This document shows, one piece after another, positions 55,468 to 64,000 of a stretch of 64,000 nt of DNA (positions within the stretch are counted from its first letter, which is position 1; each line of letters begins with the position of its first letter). Source of the DNA: an uncultured Pelagibacteraceae bacterium (GTDB lineage: Bacteria; Pseudomonadota; Alphaproteobacteria; Pelagibacterales; Pelagibacteraceae); NCBI GenBank assembly GCA_902570785.1, contig CACFZK010000003.1:14623-78622 (forward strand), read 5' to 3'. The notes below the pieces were generated by a model that made no database searches, had not been told where the DNA came from, and was given only the letters and a program-made list of their open reading frames with translations. The translations under genes were made by a program, and so were the position numbers.

Positions 55468-55979
55468 AGATTTTTTTTTAATTCTTCTATTCTTATTTCT
55501 TCGTACTTTTCAAATGGCTGAACAATCCATGGATTATCTTTTAATGTAACAGCACAAAAATCAGGATTAAAAGTCGATTTAGCCTTTTTCCATAAAACCG
55601 CAGTTTTTATAGATTTAATTTTTCCTTTAAGTGGTGGATATTTTCTAAGCCAATCTATACTTCTGTTTAAAGTAACACCCGTATCAGATAGGTCATCACA
55701 TAGAAGTAGATTTCCACCCATATTTTGAACGGTTGAACTCATTTCTCTCGAAAAAGTTAATTCTCCTTGTTTGTCCTCGATGCCTATTCCAGAATAAGAC
55801 TCTACAGCTAAATAGGCACACTTTATTTTAAATACTCTACTTAAAACATCTATAATTGGAGCTGCACCTCTCATTATTCCAATAAGAAGATCGGGTTTAT
55901 ATTTTCCATGAATTTGAATTGCCAATTTCTCAACGATAGAATTATATTCGTCCCAAGAGATGAAAAGTTTTTGTGCCAT
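55452..55979 (-). CDS. Phosphoribosyltransferase (probable purine PRTase)
   Basis: 175 aa with the PRPP-binding motif LLLCDDLSDTGVT. It is convergent with the purine permease. Confidence 0.7.
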   Translation of the reverse strand: MAQKLFISWDEYNSIVEKLAIQIHGKYKPDLLIGIMRGAAPIIDVLSRVFKIKCAYLAVESYSGIGIEDKQGELTFSREMSSTVQNMGGNLLLCDDLSDTGVTLNRSIDWLRKYPPLKGKIKSIKTAVLWKKAKSTFNPDFCAVTLKDNPWIVQPFEKYEEIRIEELKKNLKKRG

Positions 55980-56022
55980 ATAAAAAATTAAATCATTTTA
56001 TAGTAGATGTAAATGAAGGAAT

Positions 56023-56640
56023 TTAATATTGAACTGGTTCATTATCAACTGAATACCACAAAGCCATGACTGCAAGAGTACAATAAGGGGAAAATTTTTT
56101 CTGTAATCTGCTAACGAAAGTTTTTGGAGGAAGGTATTTCTTTTTATAATTGTTTGAAATTGCTCTAAGTAATCCAATATCTTGCACTGGCCATATATTT
56201 GGTCTGTTATAGAAAAAAATTAGTACCATTTCTGCTGACCACCTTCCTATTTGTCTTAAGGATGATAGATAAATAATAGCTTCTTCGTCAGTCATTTTAC
56301 TTATTAGTTTTGGATTGAATGATTTATCTAAAATTTTTTGCGCCAGACTTTTAATACCAATTGCTTTCATTTTGCTAAGTCCACATTTTTTTAGGTCTTG
56401 AATGGATAGCTTTTGGACAGTTTTTGGATTTATTTTATTTTTACATTTTTTTTCAAATTTTGAAAACACTGAGTCAGCTGCTGCTACTGATATCTGTTGA
56501 GAAATAATTGACCTCGTTAATGAATAAAAAAAATTATTTCTAGTAGTCAAGTGTCCTTTATAAGATCTTATTAACCTAGAAATTACTTTGTCTTTCTTTA
56601 TCAAATAGCTTCTAGATTTATTCCACCACTTAGGTTTCAT
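56023..56640 (-). CDS. HhH-GPD DNA glycosylase (3-methyladenine glycosylase II-like)
   Basis: 205 aa with a helix-hairpin-helix (LRQIGRWSAEMV) and the catalytic Asp context (WPVQDIGL). Confidence 0.75.
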   Translation of the reverse strand: MKPKWWNKSRSYLIKKDKVISRLIRSYKGHLTTRNNFFYSLTRSIISQQISVAAADSVFSKFEKKCKNKINPKTVQKLSIQDLKKCGLSKMKAIGIKSLAQKILDKSFNPKLISKMTDEEAIIYLSSLRQIGRWSAEMVLIFFYNRPNIWPVQDIGLLRAISNNYKKKYLPPKTFVSRLQKKFSPYCTLAVMALWYSVDNEPVQY

Positions 56641-57514
56641 ATCTTGGTGGGACCACTTGTTTTTTGAGTATTTGCTCTCTTCTAAAAATTATATATGTTC
56701 CAACAACTATAAATGCTGCACCAACTAGTGTAGTTAGTTTTAGAGCTTCTCCAAATATGAAATATCCAGCAGAAGCAGCAAAAACGAGTGACAAGTATTT
56801 AATAGGAGTTACAAGGCCTGTATCTGCCATTCTCAAAGACTGAGTTAATAAAATATTTGCATATCCTCCTGCTAAACCTAATACTACAAATAAAAAAGTC
56901 TCATATAAGGACGGCATTATCCAACCATTAACTATAGTTGCTAAGCCAATTAACATTGATAACAGTGAAAAATAAAAAGCTATTAAATAATTTGGTTCAG
57001 TTTTAGAAAGTGATTTAATGGATAAAGCAACCTGAGCAAAACCAAAAGCAAAAATTAAAGGCATAAAATAAAATAAATTAAATTCATGAAAGGTTGGTTT
57101 AATAATAATTAATCCACCAGTAATCCCAAGAATAATTGCTGAAATTCTAGTCATTCTTATTTTTTCGCCAAGAAAAAGTGAAGATAAAATAGTTACAAAA
57201 ACAGGACCTAAAAAAGTTAGTGATATACAATCAGCAAGTGGTACGTTTCTAATTCCAATAAACAAAGCAACAATTGCTATTGCACCCCATATTGCTCTCC
57301 ACGCATGCAATCCTGGCCTTTTTGTTTTATAAAAAGTAAAAACCTTCTCTCGAGGAATTAATAGAATTATTGGGATCATACCAAAAGCAAATCTCATAAA
57401 AAGAACTTGACCAAATGGTGCGTCTTTTAAATATTTTACAATTATATCCATGATACTGAAACAAGCGACGCTAGCGATCATATAAAGAATTGCTAATTGA
57501 GATTTTGAGAGCAT
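56630..57514 (-). CDS. EamA/DMT-family transporter
   Basis: 294 aa with 10 TM helices in two EamA repeats. Confidence 0.8.
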   Translation of the reverse strand: MLSKSQLAILYMIASVACFSIMDIIVKYLKDAPFGQVLFMRFAFGMIPIILLIPREKVFTFYKTKRPGLHAWRAIWGAIAIVALFIGIRNVPLADCISLTFLGPVFVTILSSLFLGEKIRMTRISAIILGITGGLIIIKPTFHEFNLFYFMPLIFAFGFAQVALSIKSLSKTEPNYLIAFYFSLLSMLIGLATIVNGWIMPSLYETFLFVVLGLAGGYANILLTQSLRMADTGLVTPIKYLSLVFAASAGYFIFGEALKLTTLVGAAFIVVGTYIIFRREQILKKQVVPPRYET

Positions 57515-57561
57515 TTTACCACCTTTAAATTATTTAAATAACATATTAGAATTTTGAAAAA

Positions 57562-58014
57562 ATGAAAACTGCTTATTTTAGTCTGGGTTGCTTTTGGTCC
57601 CCTCAATTGGAATTTGAAAAAGTTGAAGGGGTAAAAAAAGCTGAGGTTGGATATTGTGGAGGAGATGATCCGAACACGACTTATGAAAAAGTTTGTTCAG
57701 GATCAACAAATCATGCTGAAACAGTCAAGGTAGATTATGATGAAAAACTAGTTTCTTATGAAGATTTAGTAAGATTTTTTTTTAAAATTCATGACCCAAC
57801 ACAACTAAATAAACAGGGACCAGATATTGGAACTCAATATAGATCGGAAATTTTTTACACAGATGAAATCCAAAAGAAAATTGCAGAAAAAATTAAAAAT
57901 GAGTTTAATGTTAAGTTTAAAGGTAAAGTTGTTACCAAAGTATCAAAAGAGAAACTATACCAACCTGCAGAAGAATATCATCAATACTATTTAAAAAGAA
58001 AGAGTTTTATATGA
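57562..58014 (+). CDS. msrA: Peptide methionine (S)-sulfoxide reductase
   Basis: 150 aa with the GCFW active site and the HAE..V.YD block. Confidence 0.92.
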   Translation: MKTAYFSLGCFWSPQLEFEKVEGVKKAEVGYCGGDDPNTTYEKVCSGSTNHAETVKVDYDEKLVSYEDLVRFFFKIHDPTQLNKQGPDIGTQYRSEIFYTDEIQKKIAEKIKNEFNVKFKGKVVTKVSKEKLYQPAEEYHQYYLKRKSFI

Positions 58015-58850
58015 ACTTAGTATCTACTGATTGGCTTGATCAAAATTTAAATGAAGTAAAAATATTTGATGCAAGTTGGCATATGCCAACTTCCAAAAGG
58101 AATGCCAAAAAAGAATTTGAAGAAAAACATATTAAGGGTGCTAATTTCTGGGATGTCGATGAACACTCAGATAAGGATTCTCCGTACCCACACATGATGT
58201 CAAATTCAGATTATTGGACAAGGATGCTCTGGTCCTTTGCAGTAAAAAATGAAGATCACATAGTTGTTTATGATTATAGTGATACTTACAGTTCATGTAG
58301 ATTATGGTTTGCCCTGAAATATTTTGGTCATAAAAAAGTTTCAGTTTTAGATGGTGGAATGAAAAAATGGTTAGTTGAGAATAGATCTACAGATAATAAA
58401 ATAGATAAAGATTTGGGAAAATTTAGTAATATCGATAAATTAAATGCAAAAAATAAATATGAAGTAAAAGAAAAAACTGATTTGATAAAAAATAAGAAAC
58501 AAATTGATGAAAACTTTAAAAAAAATCAGTTTCAAATCGTTGACGCCAGAAGTCGTGAAAGATTTGAGGGAAAAATTGATGAGCCTAGATCGGGACTTAG
58601 AAGAGGCTGTATTGTTGGATCAAAAAATCTACCTTTTAAAGATTGTATAAATGCTGAAACAAACACTTTTAAATCCAAAGACGAGTTAAGCAAGATTTTC
58701 ATTAAAAATAATATAGATATTACTAAGCCAATTGTTTTTACATGCGGTTCAGGTATGACTGCGTGTGTTTTAGGTATGGCATATTCTATCATTAGTGGTA
58801 AAAGTGCAGTTGTTTATGATGGCTCTTGGTCAGAATATGGAAAAATATGA
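58011..58850 (+). CDS. sseA: 3-mercaptopyruvate/thiosulfate sulfurtransferase (tandem rhodanese)
   Basis: 279 aa with two rhodanese domains and the active-site loop CGSGMTA. ATGA overlap with msrA. Confidence 0.85.
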   Translation: MNLVSTDWLDQNLNEVKIFDASWHMPTSKRNAKKEFEEKHIKGANFWDVDEHSDKDSPYPHMMSNSDYWTRMLWSFAVKNEDHIVVYDYSDTYSSCRLWFALKYFGHKKVSVLDGGMKKWLVENRSTDNKIDKDLGKFSNIDKLNAKNKYEVKEKTDLIKNKKQIDENFKKNQFQIVDARSRERFEGKIDEPRSGLRRGCIVGSKNLPFKDCINAETNTFKSKDELSKIFIKNNIDITKPIVFTCGSGMTACVLGMAYSIISGKSAVVYDGSWSEYGKI

Positions 58851-59710
58851 AAAGATCTAAGAAAGTTACAATTGGAATTTTAATATTCTTCGTAATAGTT
58901 GCTTCTGTAATAGGGGGTAGAACAGCTATGGGTGTTTACTTTAAAAAGAAATTTGGAAAAAGACCGCCGCCAGGAGTAGTGGTTGAAATAGTTCAAGTAA
59001 AAGAATTTAGTAAAACAATTGAAAGTTATTGTACCGCTTTGAGCAGCAAAACAACTTCTTTTAAGATTAAAAAAAGTGAATTATTAGAACCATTAAAATT
59101 TAAAGCTGCAAAAAAAGGGGATATAATTGCAAAATTACAAGATAAAAATATTATTGCACCTTTTTCGGGCACTGTTGGTACACGAGGTATAAGTTCATCA
59201 ATATTGGGTACGGACTCAATAATGCTTACGCTTGATGACTCTAAAAAGATATTATGTGATTTACAAATTCCTGAGATTTTTGCCGCTAAATTAAAAAAAG
59301 GGTTAAGAGTAAATGCAAAATTTTTAGCATATAAAGATAAATTGTATAATGGTGTTATTGTTTCTCGTACTTCAAGGGTTGATGCACAAACTAGAAGTAT
59401 ATTAGCTAGAGCACAGATCAACAATAAAGACCTTGAAATTTTACCTGGATCTTTACTTGATATTGAGCTTCTCTATGACGAAAAAGAAGCCATTTCAGTA
59501 GTTGATACTAGTATTATTTTTGAAGACGAAAAAAAATTCGTCTATAAAATTTTAGAAAATAATAAAATTCAAAAAACAGAAGTAACTACAGGAATTCGAA
59601 AAAATGGAAACCTTGAAATCATAGAGGGCTTAAATACAGACGATAAAATAGTAAAAGAAGGTTTGGCAAGGTTAGCGGACGGAATGGTTGTAAGACCAAT
59701 ACTAAAATAA
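58847..59710 (+). CDS. RND efflux periplasmic adaptor (membrane fusion protein)
   Basis: N-terminal TM, then barrel-sandwich/hairpin-like repeats. I prefer the ATG at 58847 (ATGA overlap with the sseA stop) to the start at 58826. Confidence 0.75.
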   Translation: MKRSKKVTIGILIFFVIVASVIGGRTAMGVYFKKKFGKRPPPGVVVEIVQVKEFSKTIESYCTALSSKTTSFKIKKSELLEPLKFKAAKKGDIIAKLQDKNIIAPFSGTVGTRGISSSILGTDSIMLTLDDSKKILCDLQIPEIFAAKLKKGLRVNAKFLAYKDKLYNGVIVSRTSRVDAQTRSILARAQINNKDLEILPGSLLDIELLYDEKEAISVVDTSIIFEDEKKFVYKILENNKIQKTEVTTGIRKNGNLEIIEGLNTDDKIVKEGLARLADGMVVRPILK

Positions 59711-59711
59711 T

Positions 59712-62700
59712 ATGCACAATTTTTGTTTGCTTAATATTAAAAGACCAGTTTTGAGTTCTGTATTCTCACTTTTGTTAGTTGTGTTTGGTCTCTATACTTT
59801 CTTTGAAATAAGTACCAGAGAACTTCCAAAAAATCTCCAGCCTCCTGAGGTTGTAATATCCACGAAATATACAGGAGCAAGTCCATCTATTATTGCTTCA
59901 GAAATATCTGAACCAATTGAATTAGCAGTTGGGGGAGCAGAAGGTATCAGATCAATTGATACGATATCCGAAATCGGAAGAAGTACAATTAAAATAGAAT
60001 TTTTTACCAGTATAGACATTGATGATGCTGCTAACGATATAAGAGAACGAATTGCAAGAATCATAGATAATTTACCTGAAGATAGTAAAGCTCCAGAGGT
60101 AAGAAAAGCTTCAGCTGGATTTTCAACTAGTATGTGGCTCTCAGTTAGTAGTACTTCATGGAACTCATTAGATATAGGTGACTATGTAAAACGTAACTTA
60201 GTAGACGCATTCAGTTCAGTTCCAGGTACTGGAAGAGTAATTGTTGGAGGAATAAACGAAAAAGCTGTAAGAGTTTATTTAAACCCAGTAAAACTTATAG
60301 CAAATGATTTGGATGTTAGAGAAGTTGAAAGCTCGATAAGGAAAAATAATATTGCAGTACCAGCAGGTACTATTGAAGCTAATAACGTTGATTTAACTCT
60401 TGATCTAGGAAAAACTTATACCAATATTAAATCAATTAAAAAACTTCCTATAAAAAAAATAAAAGGAAAGACGATAACGTTAGGCGATTTAGGTGAAGTT
60501 AAATATGGTCCCATATCTGAAAAGACTCTTTTCAAGGCTCAAAGTCCCGATGTATTGAATGAAAATACAGTTGGCATTGGAATTTATGCTCGAACAAATG
60601 AAAGCACTGTAACGCTATCAAATAATATAAGAAAGAAAATTTTAGAGGTAAGAGAAACATTGCCTGAAGGCCTCAAACTATCTGTGAGTTTCGATAGAGC
60701 AACTTATATCAAAGAAGCTATACAAATGTGCTATCAATCAATAATTTTAGCTTTATTATTAGTTGTAGGAATTATTTATCTATTTTTAGGAAATGTAAGA
60801 GCTACTATTGTACCAGCTGTCACACTACCTGTTAGTTTAATTGGAGCATGTCTTGGTTTATGGATTTTTGGACTGACAATAAATGTATTTACTCTTCTGG
60901 CTATTATCTTAAGTGTAGCAATTGTAACTGATGACAGTGTAGTTATGACAGAGTCAATTTACCATAGAGTAGAACAAGGAGATACTCCACTGGCTGCTGC
61001 TGCAAATGGATCGAAGAATGTTATTTTTGCTATTTTATCAACTAGCATAATATTGCTAGCAACTTTTGCTCCTCTGCTATTTATTGACGGAATAAGTGGG
61101 ACTTTATTTAGAGAGATGGCAATAACTCTCTCTATTACAATTGTCATAAGTACATTTACCGCTCTATCTATTGCACCGATGTTGGGTTCCAAGCTACTTA
61201 ATAAAAAAAAATCTCAATCAAAAATCGTTACTCGATTTGAAAAAATATTTAAATCTTTTGAAGAATTCTACTCGGATACCTTGAATTATTGGATAAAAAA
61301 ACCAAAAACCATTGTTTGGTTTATGGTTTTTGTTGTTGCTTTAGCAGGATTTCTTTTTAGTTTTACTCCTAAAACCTTATTAGAAAAAAATCCTGATAGA
61401 GGTGTTTATTTAGTTTTTGGCAAAACTGATGAGTCATCATCATTTGAATATACGGTCGATAAAGCTGAAAAAGTAGAAAGAAGGCTAATACCTTTGTTAC
61501 AGGATGAAAAAGAACCTTATCAAAAATTAATAATGAGAGTTCCAGGTTTTGGTAGATCTGCACAATCTTATAATAGTTTTATTATCATTGCTTTGCTGGA
61601 TAATTGGAAAGATAGAAAAGATTCTGCACAAACAATTGTTAGAAAAGCTATAGGAAAAATTGTTACTGTGCCAGGAACTATGGCTTTTCCTTTAACACCA
61701 AATTCAGTTCGTGTGAGCAATTACCAAAAGCCAGTTGTTGTTACAATGACAGGATCCTCATACGAAACTCTATATAAATGGCAAAATAATGTGATGAAAG
61801 AGCTTAGAAAAAATAGAGGACTAGCTGACATAACATCTGATTACACAAAAAATAAACCAGAAGTAAAACTTGTAATAGATGAAAACAAAGCAAAAGATCT
61901 TGGGCTTTCCAATCAATCAATTGGAAAATCTATTGAAACTTTATTTTCAGGTAAAAGTGTTACAACTTTAAATGAGTCCGGGAAAGAATACCCAATAATT
62001 TTACAAGCTGATATAAAAGATAGAAGAAATACCGAGGCCTTAAGTAAAATTTTTGTACGTTCAGAAACGACAGGCAAACTAATTTCGCTTGCAAATGTTG
62101 TAAGTTTTGAAGAAAGAGGATCACCAAAAATATTGACTAGATACCAAAGATCAAAATCAGTTACTTTAACCGCAAGGTTGGTAGGAGGTTATACTCTGAA
62201 TGAAGCATTAAACTTTATTGAAAAAACCATAAATGAACAAGCTCCAACAGCTGGAATTTTTTATAAAGGAAAATCTTTAGATCTAAAAGAAGCTTCGAGT
62301 GAATTATTAATAATTTTTGGTTTAGCCTTGGTTAGTGCTTATCTTGTTATGGCTGGTACTTTTAACGCCTGGAGACAGCCTTTTGTAGTGATGTTAACTG
62401 TTCCACTCGCTGCTTTAGGAGGACTTATATTTATTTTATTATTTGGAAGTACAATAAATATTTTTTCTCAAATAGCTTTAATTGTATTGATTGGTATTGC
62501 AACAAAAAATAGTATTTTAATTGTTGATTGGGCAAATCAATTAAGAGTTAAAGGCAAAAGTGTTGAAGCAGCCATTGTTGAGTCTTGTAAAAGGAGATTT
62601 AGACCAATTATGATGACGAGTTTATCTACGCTTATCGCAATGGTTCCTTTGATTGTAGGCAATATTGGCCCGGGTGCAGGAGAAGGAATAAGGTTAGCAG

Positions 62701-62843
62701 TAGGCTGTACAATATTTGGGGGTATGCTAATTAGCACTTTTCTTACTTTATTTACTACACCTGTATTTTATTTATTGCTTTGTAAAAATTCTAAAAGAAT
62801 GGATGAAGTAGATATTCAATTAAATAAAGAATTTAGTAAATAA
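59712..62843 (+). CDS. RND family efflux transporter (AcrB/HAE1-like)
   Basis: 1043 aa with a 12-TM architecture, two large periplasmic loops, and a conserved TM4 with a DD pair (VTDDSVV). Confidence 0.92.
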   Translation: MHNFCLLNIKRPVLSSVFSLLLVVFGLYTFFEISTRELPKNLQPPEVVISTKYTGASPSIIASEISEPIELAVGGAEGIRSIDTISEIGRSTIKIEFFTSIDIDDAANDIRERIARIIDNLPEDSKAPEVRKASAGFSTSMWLSVSSTSWNSLDIGDYVKRNLVDAFSSVPGTGRVIVGGINEKAVRVYLNPVKLIANDLDVREVESSIRKNNIAVPAGTIEANNVDLTLDLGKTYTNIKSIKKLPIKKIKGKTITLGDLGEVKYGPISEKTLFKAQSPDVLNENTVGIGIYARTNESTVTLSNNIRKKILEVRETLPEGLKLSVSFDRATYIKEAIQMCYQSIILALLLVVGIIYLFLGNVRATIVPAVTLPVSLIGACLGLWIFGLTINVFTLLAIILSVAIVTDDSVVMTESIYHRVEQGDTPLAAAANGSKNVIFAILSTSIILLATFAPLLFIDGISGTLFREMAITLSITIVISTFTALSIAPMLGSKLLNKKKSQSKIVTRFEKIFKSFEEFYSDTLNYWIKKPKTIVWFMVFVVALAGFLFSFTPKTLLEKNPDRGVYLVFGKTDESSSFEYTVDKAEKVERRLIPLLQDEKEPYQKLIMRVPGFGRSAQSYNSFIIIALLDNWKDRKDSAQTIVRKAIGKIVTVPGTMAFPLTPNSVRVSNYQKPVVVTMTGSSYETLYKWQNNVMKELRKNRGLADITSDYTKNKPEVKLVIDENKAKDLGLSNQSIGKSIETLFSGKSVTTLNESGKEYPIILQADIKDRRNTEALSKIFVRSETTGKLISLANVVSFEERGSPKILTRYQRSKSVTLTARLVGGYTLNEALNFIEKTINEQAPTAGIFYKGKSLDLKEASSELLIIFGLALVSAYLVMAGTFNAWRQPFVVMLTVPLAALGGLIFILLFGSTINIFSQIALIVLIGIATKNSILIVDWANQLRVKGKSVEAAIVESCKRRFRPIMMTSLSTLIAMVPLIVGNIGPGAGEGIRLAVGCTIFGGMLISTFLTLFTTPVFYLLLCKNSKRMDEVDIQLNKEFSK

Positions 62844-63474
62844 TATATTTTTTTCTATTAAGTTGATCCCGACATGTTGTAAGTTGCTTACGATATTTTG
62901 AGGCAAAGTCCTTTGTTGACTTGGCATATATAATAGCTTTTTGGTCTTTAGAATAATTTTTATAATCACCCCAACCTTTGTAATAAGCTAAATATTGTCT
63001 ATAGGCATCATTCTTAGGTATCTTCAGCAGCTTATGTGTTTTGTTTACATACCATCCAATAAAATCTACTGAGTCTTTAAACCTGGCTCTTGTAGCATAT
63101 TTGTTTCCTGTTTCTCTTTTATACTGCTCCCAAGTGCCCTTTACCGCTTGGGAATAGCCGAAAGAACTTGATTTACGCTTATATGGTATAACTTTAAATA
63201 ATTTATGACGCGGAGGTTTGGCTAACCAATTAAAATCGCTTTCCTTTTTTACAAAAGCTAATTGAATATAAACTGGGACACCCCACTTCTCTTCGACTTT
63301 CTTGGTGTGCTTATACCACAAATATCGATCTTCAAAGATTGCACAACTATTTTTAGTGTTTTTTGGAACAGATGAACAAGCAGCAAGAAAGAATAGTAAA
63401 ATTAATAAATAAATAAAATTTTTCCGAATCACACAAAGATTATAAATTATTTGTTTTTCTTTCTCCATTCCCAT
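62833..63474 (-). CDS. Lipoprotein with lytic-transglycosylase (SLT)-like domain
   Basis: 213 aa with the lipobox LAACS, a catalytic-Glu context (FVKKESDF) and the SSFGYSQ block. Confidence 0.6.
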   Translation of the reverse strand: MGMEKEKQIIYNLCVIRKNFIYLLILLFFLAACSSVPKNTKNSCAIFEDRYLWYKHTKKVEEKWGVPVYIQLAFVKKESDFNWLAKPPRHKLFKVIPYKRKSSSFGYSQAVKGTWEQYKRETGNKYATRARFKDSVDFIGWYVNKTHKLLKIPKNDAYRQYLAYYKGWGDYKNYSKDQKAIIYAKSTKDFASKYRKQLTTCRDQLNRKKYIIY

Positions 63475-63977
63475 GGCATATCAAATTGACCGCTCCAAAT
63501 ACCAATTTTTTTATTTTTAGCTACTTCCTCATCATCTATGTAATCTTTAGAATATTTTCTATAAGCTACAGCCTGACCATTAGATACCATTTCACTGTTA
63601 ATGTTTTTGCCTAGAACTGAAGTTAATTTTTTTTTAAATTTGATATTTTCTACAGTATAACATGTACCTAAAATCCTTTTATATCTATCTAGTTGTTCAT
63701 AAAGACATAAAATACTTTTTGACAAAATTAAATTTTCTAAGAAAACTTTTGATACTAAACCGCAATTATATATTCCTCTTTGATTTTTACATTCTTGCTT
63801 TGTTTCTGGTGCATCTATACCGTTAAGTCTTATTCTTTTGCCATCAATTTTTATTGTGTCGCCATCTATAACTTTTGCGACTCCAAAGATATCTTTTTGT
63901 TCAGATGTAAAAGATTTAAATATAAAAAAAAAAATAATTAATATGCTAAATAAAATCTGATTTAGCTTTTTCATCAA
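63447..63977 (-). CDS. Exported thermonuclease (staphylococcal nuclease/SNase family)
   Basis: 176 aa with a signal peptide and the VIDGDTI....IRL.GIDAPE motif typical of SNase. Confidence 0.8.
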   Translation of the reverse strand: MMKKLNQILFSILIIFFFIFKSFTSEQKDIFGVAKVIDGDTIKIDGKRIRLNGIDAPETKQECKNQRGIYNCGLVSKVFLENLILSKSILCLYEQLDRYKRILGTCYTVENIKFKKKLTSVLGKNINSEMVSNGQAVAYRKYSKDYIDDEEVAKNKKIGIWSGQFDMPWEWRKKNK

Positions 63978-64000
63978 GTTCTTTCATTTTGTTTCTTATA

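Noticed and set aside
1-64000. Scan of the whole window for CRISPR arrays, IS/transposase, integrase, phage or toxin-antitoxin genes, tRNA/rRNA genes and long direct or inverted repeats.
   Set aside because: I found none by reading the sequence. Every ORF over 60 aa that is not nested in a better gene is accounted for above. No spacer-repeat periodicity and no terminal inverted repeats were seen.

Overview
The window is AT-rich (about 30% GC by eye) and very gene-dense. I call about 70 CDS in 64 kb, with many ATGA/TAATG start-stop overlaps and convergent genes that overlap at their 3' ends. Marker genes (GcrA, ffs-dnaX-ybaB-recR, an NDUFA9-like protein, LptC/LptB, a membrane J-domain protein) point to a streamlined alphaproteobacterium. 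A SAR11/Pelagibacterales-like marine genome fits best, but this is inference and no database search was possible. Most of the content is core housekeeping: accA, glcB, recR/ybaB/dnaX plus SRP RNA, pheA, kdsB, argF/argD, aroA-cmk-rpsA-ihfB-pyrF-trpBA-accD-folC, trxA, sbcB, rmuC, msrA, and an RND efflux pair. The most distinctive part is a contiguous ~15 kb phosphorus block (13.5-28.3 kb). It holds ppx-ppk, sixA, phoB-phoU-pstBAC, pstS, an uncharacterised exported protein, phoR, a GT4 glycosyltransferase with an LpxH-like metallophosphoesterase (the Agt/PlcP lipid-renovation pair), and a divergent DAG-kinase-type lipid kinase. I found near-identical Pho-box-like direct repeats upstream of pstS and plcP. 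Other candidates for new biology: a 356-nt non-coding spacer with two strong hairpins next to a monocistronic 69-aa polylysine protein; an arsC-aquaporin pair with no arsR; and an exported-protein/TauD-dioxygenase/lipoprotein/33-aa mini-ORF/MBL-hydrolase cluster followed by a 362-aa polybasic coiled-coil protein. I saw no rRNA, tRNA, CRISPR, transposase, integrase or prophage genes. All product calls come from motif recognition by eye and should be confirmed by HMM/BLAST searches.
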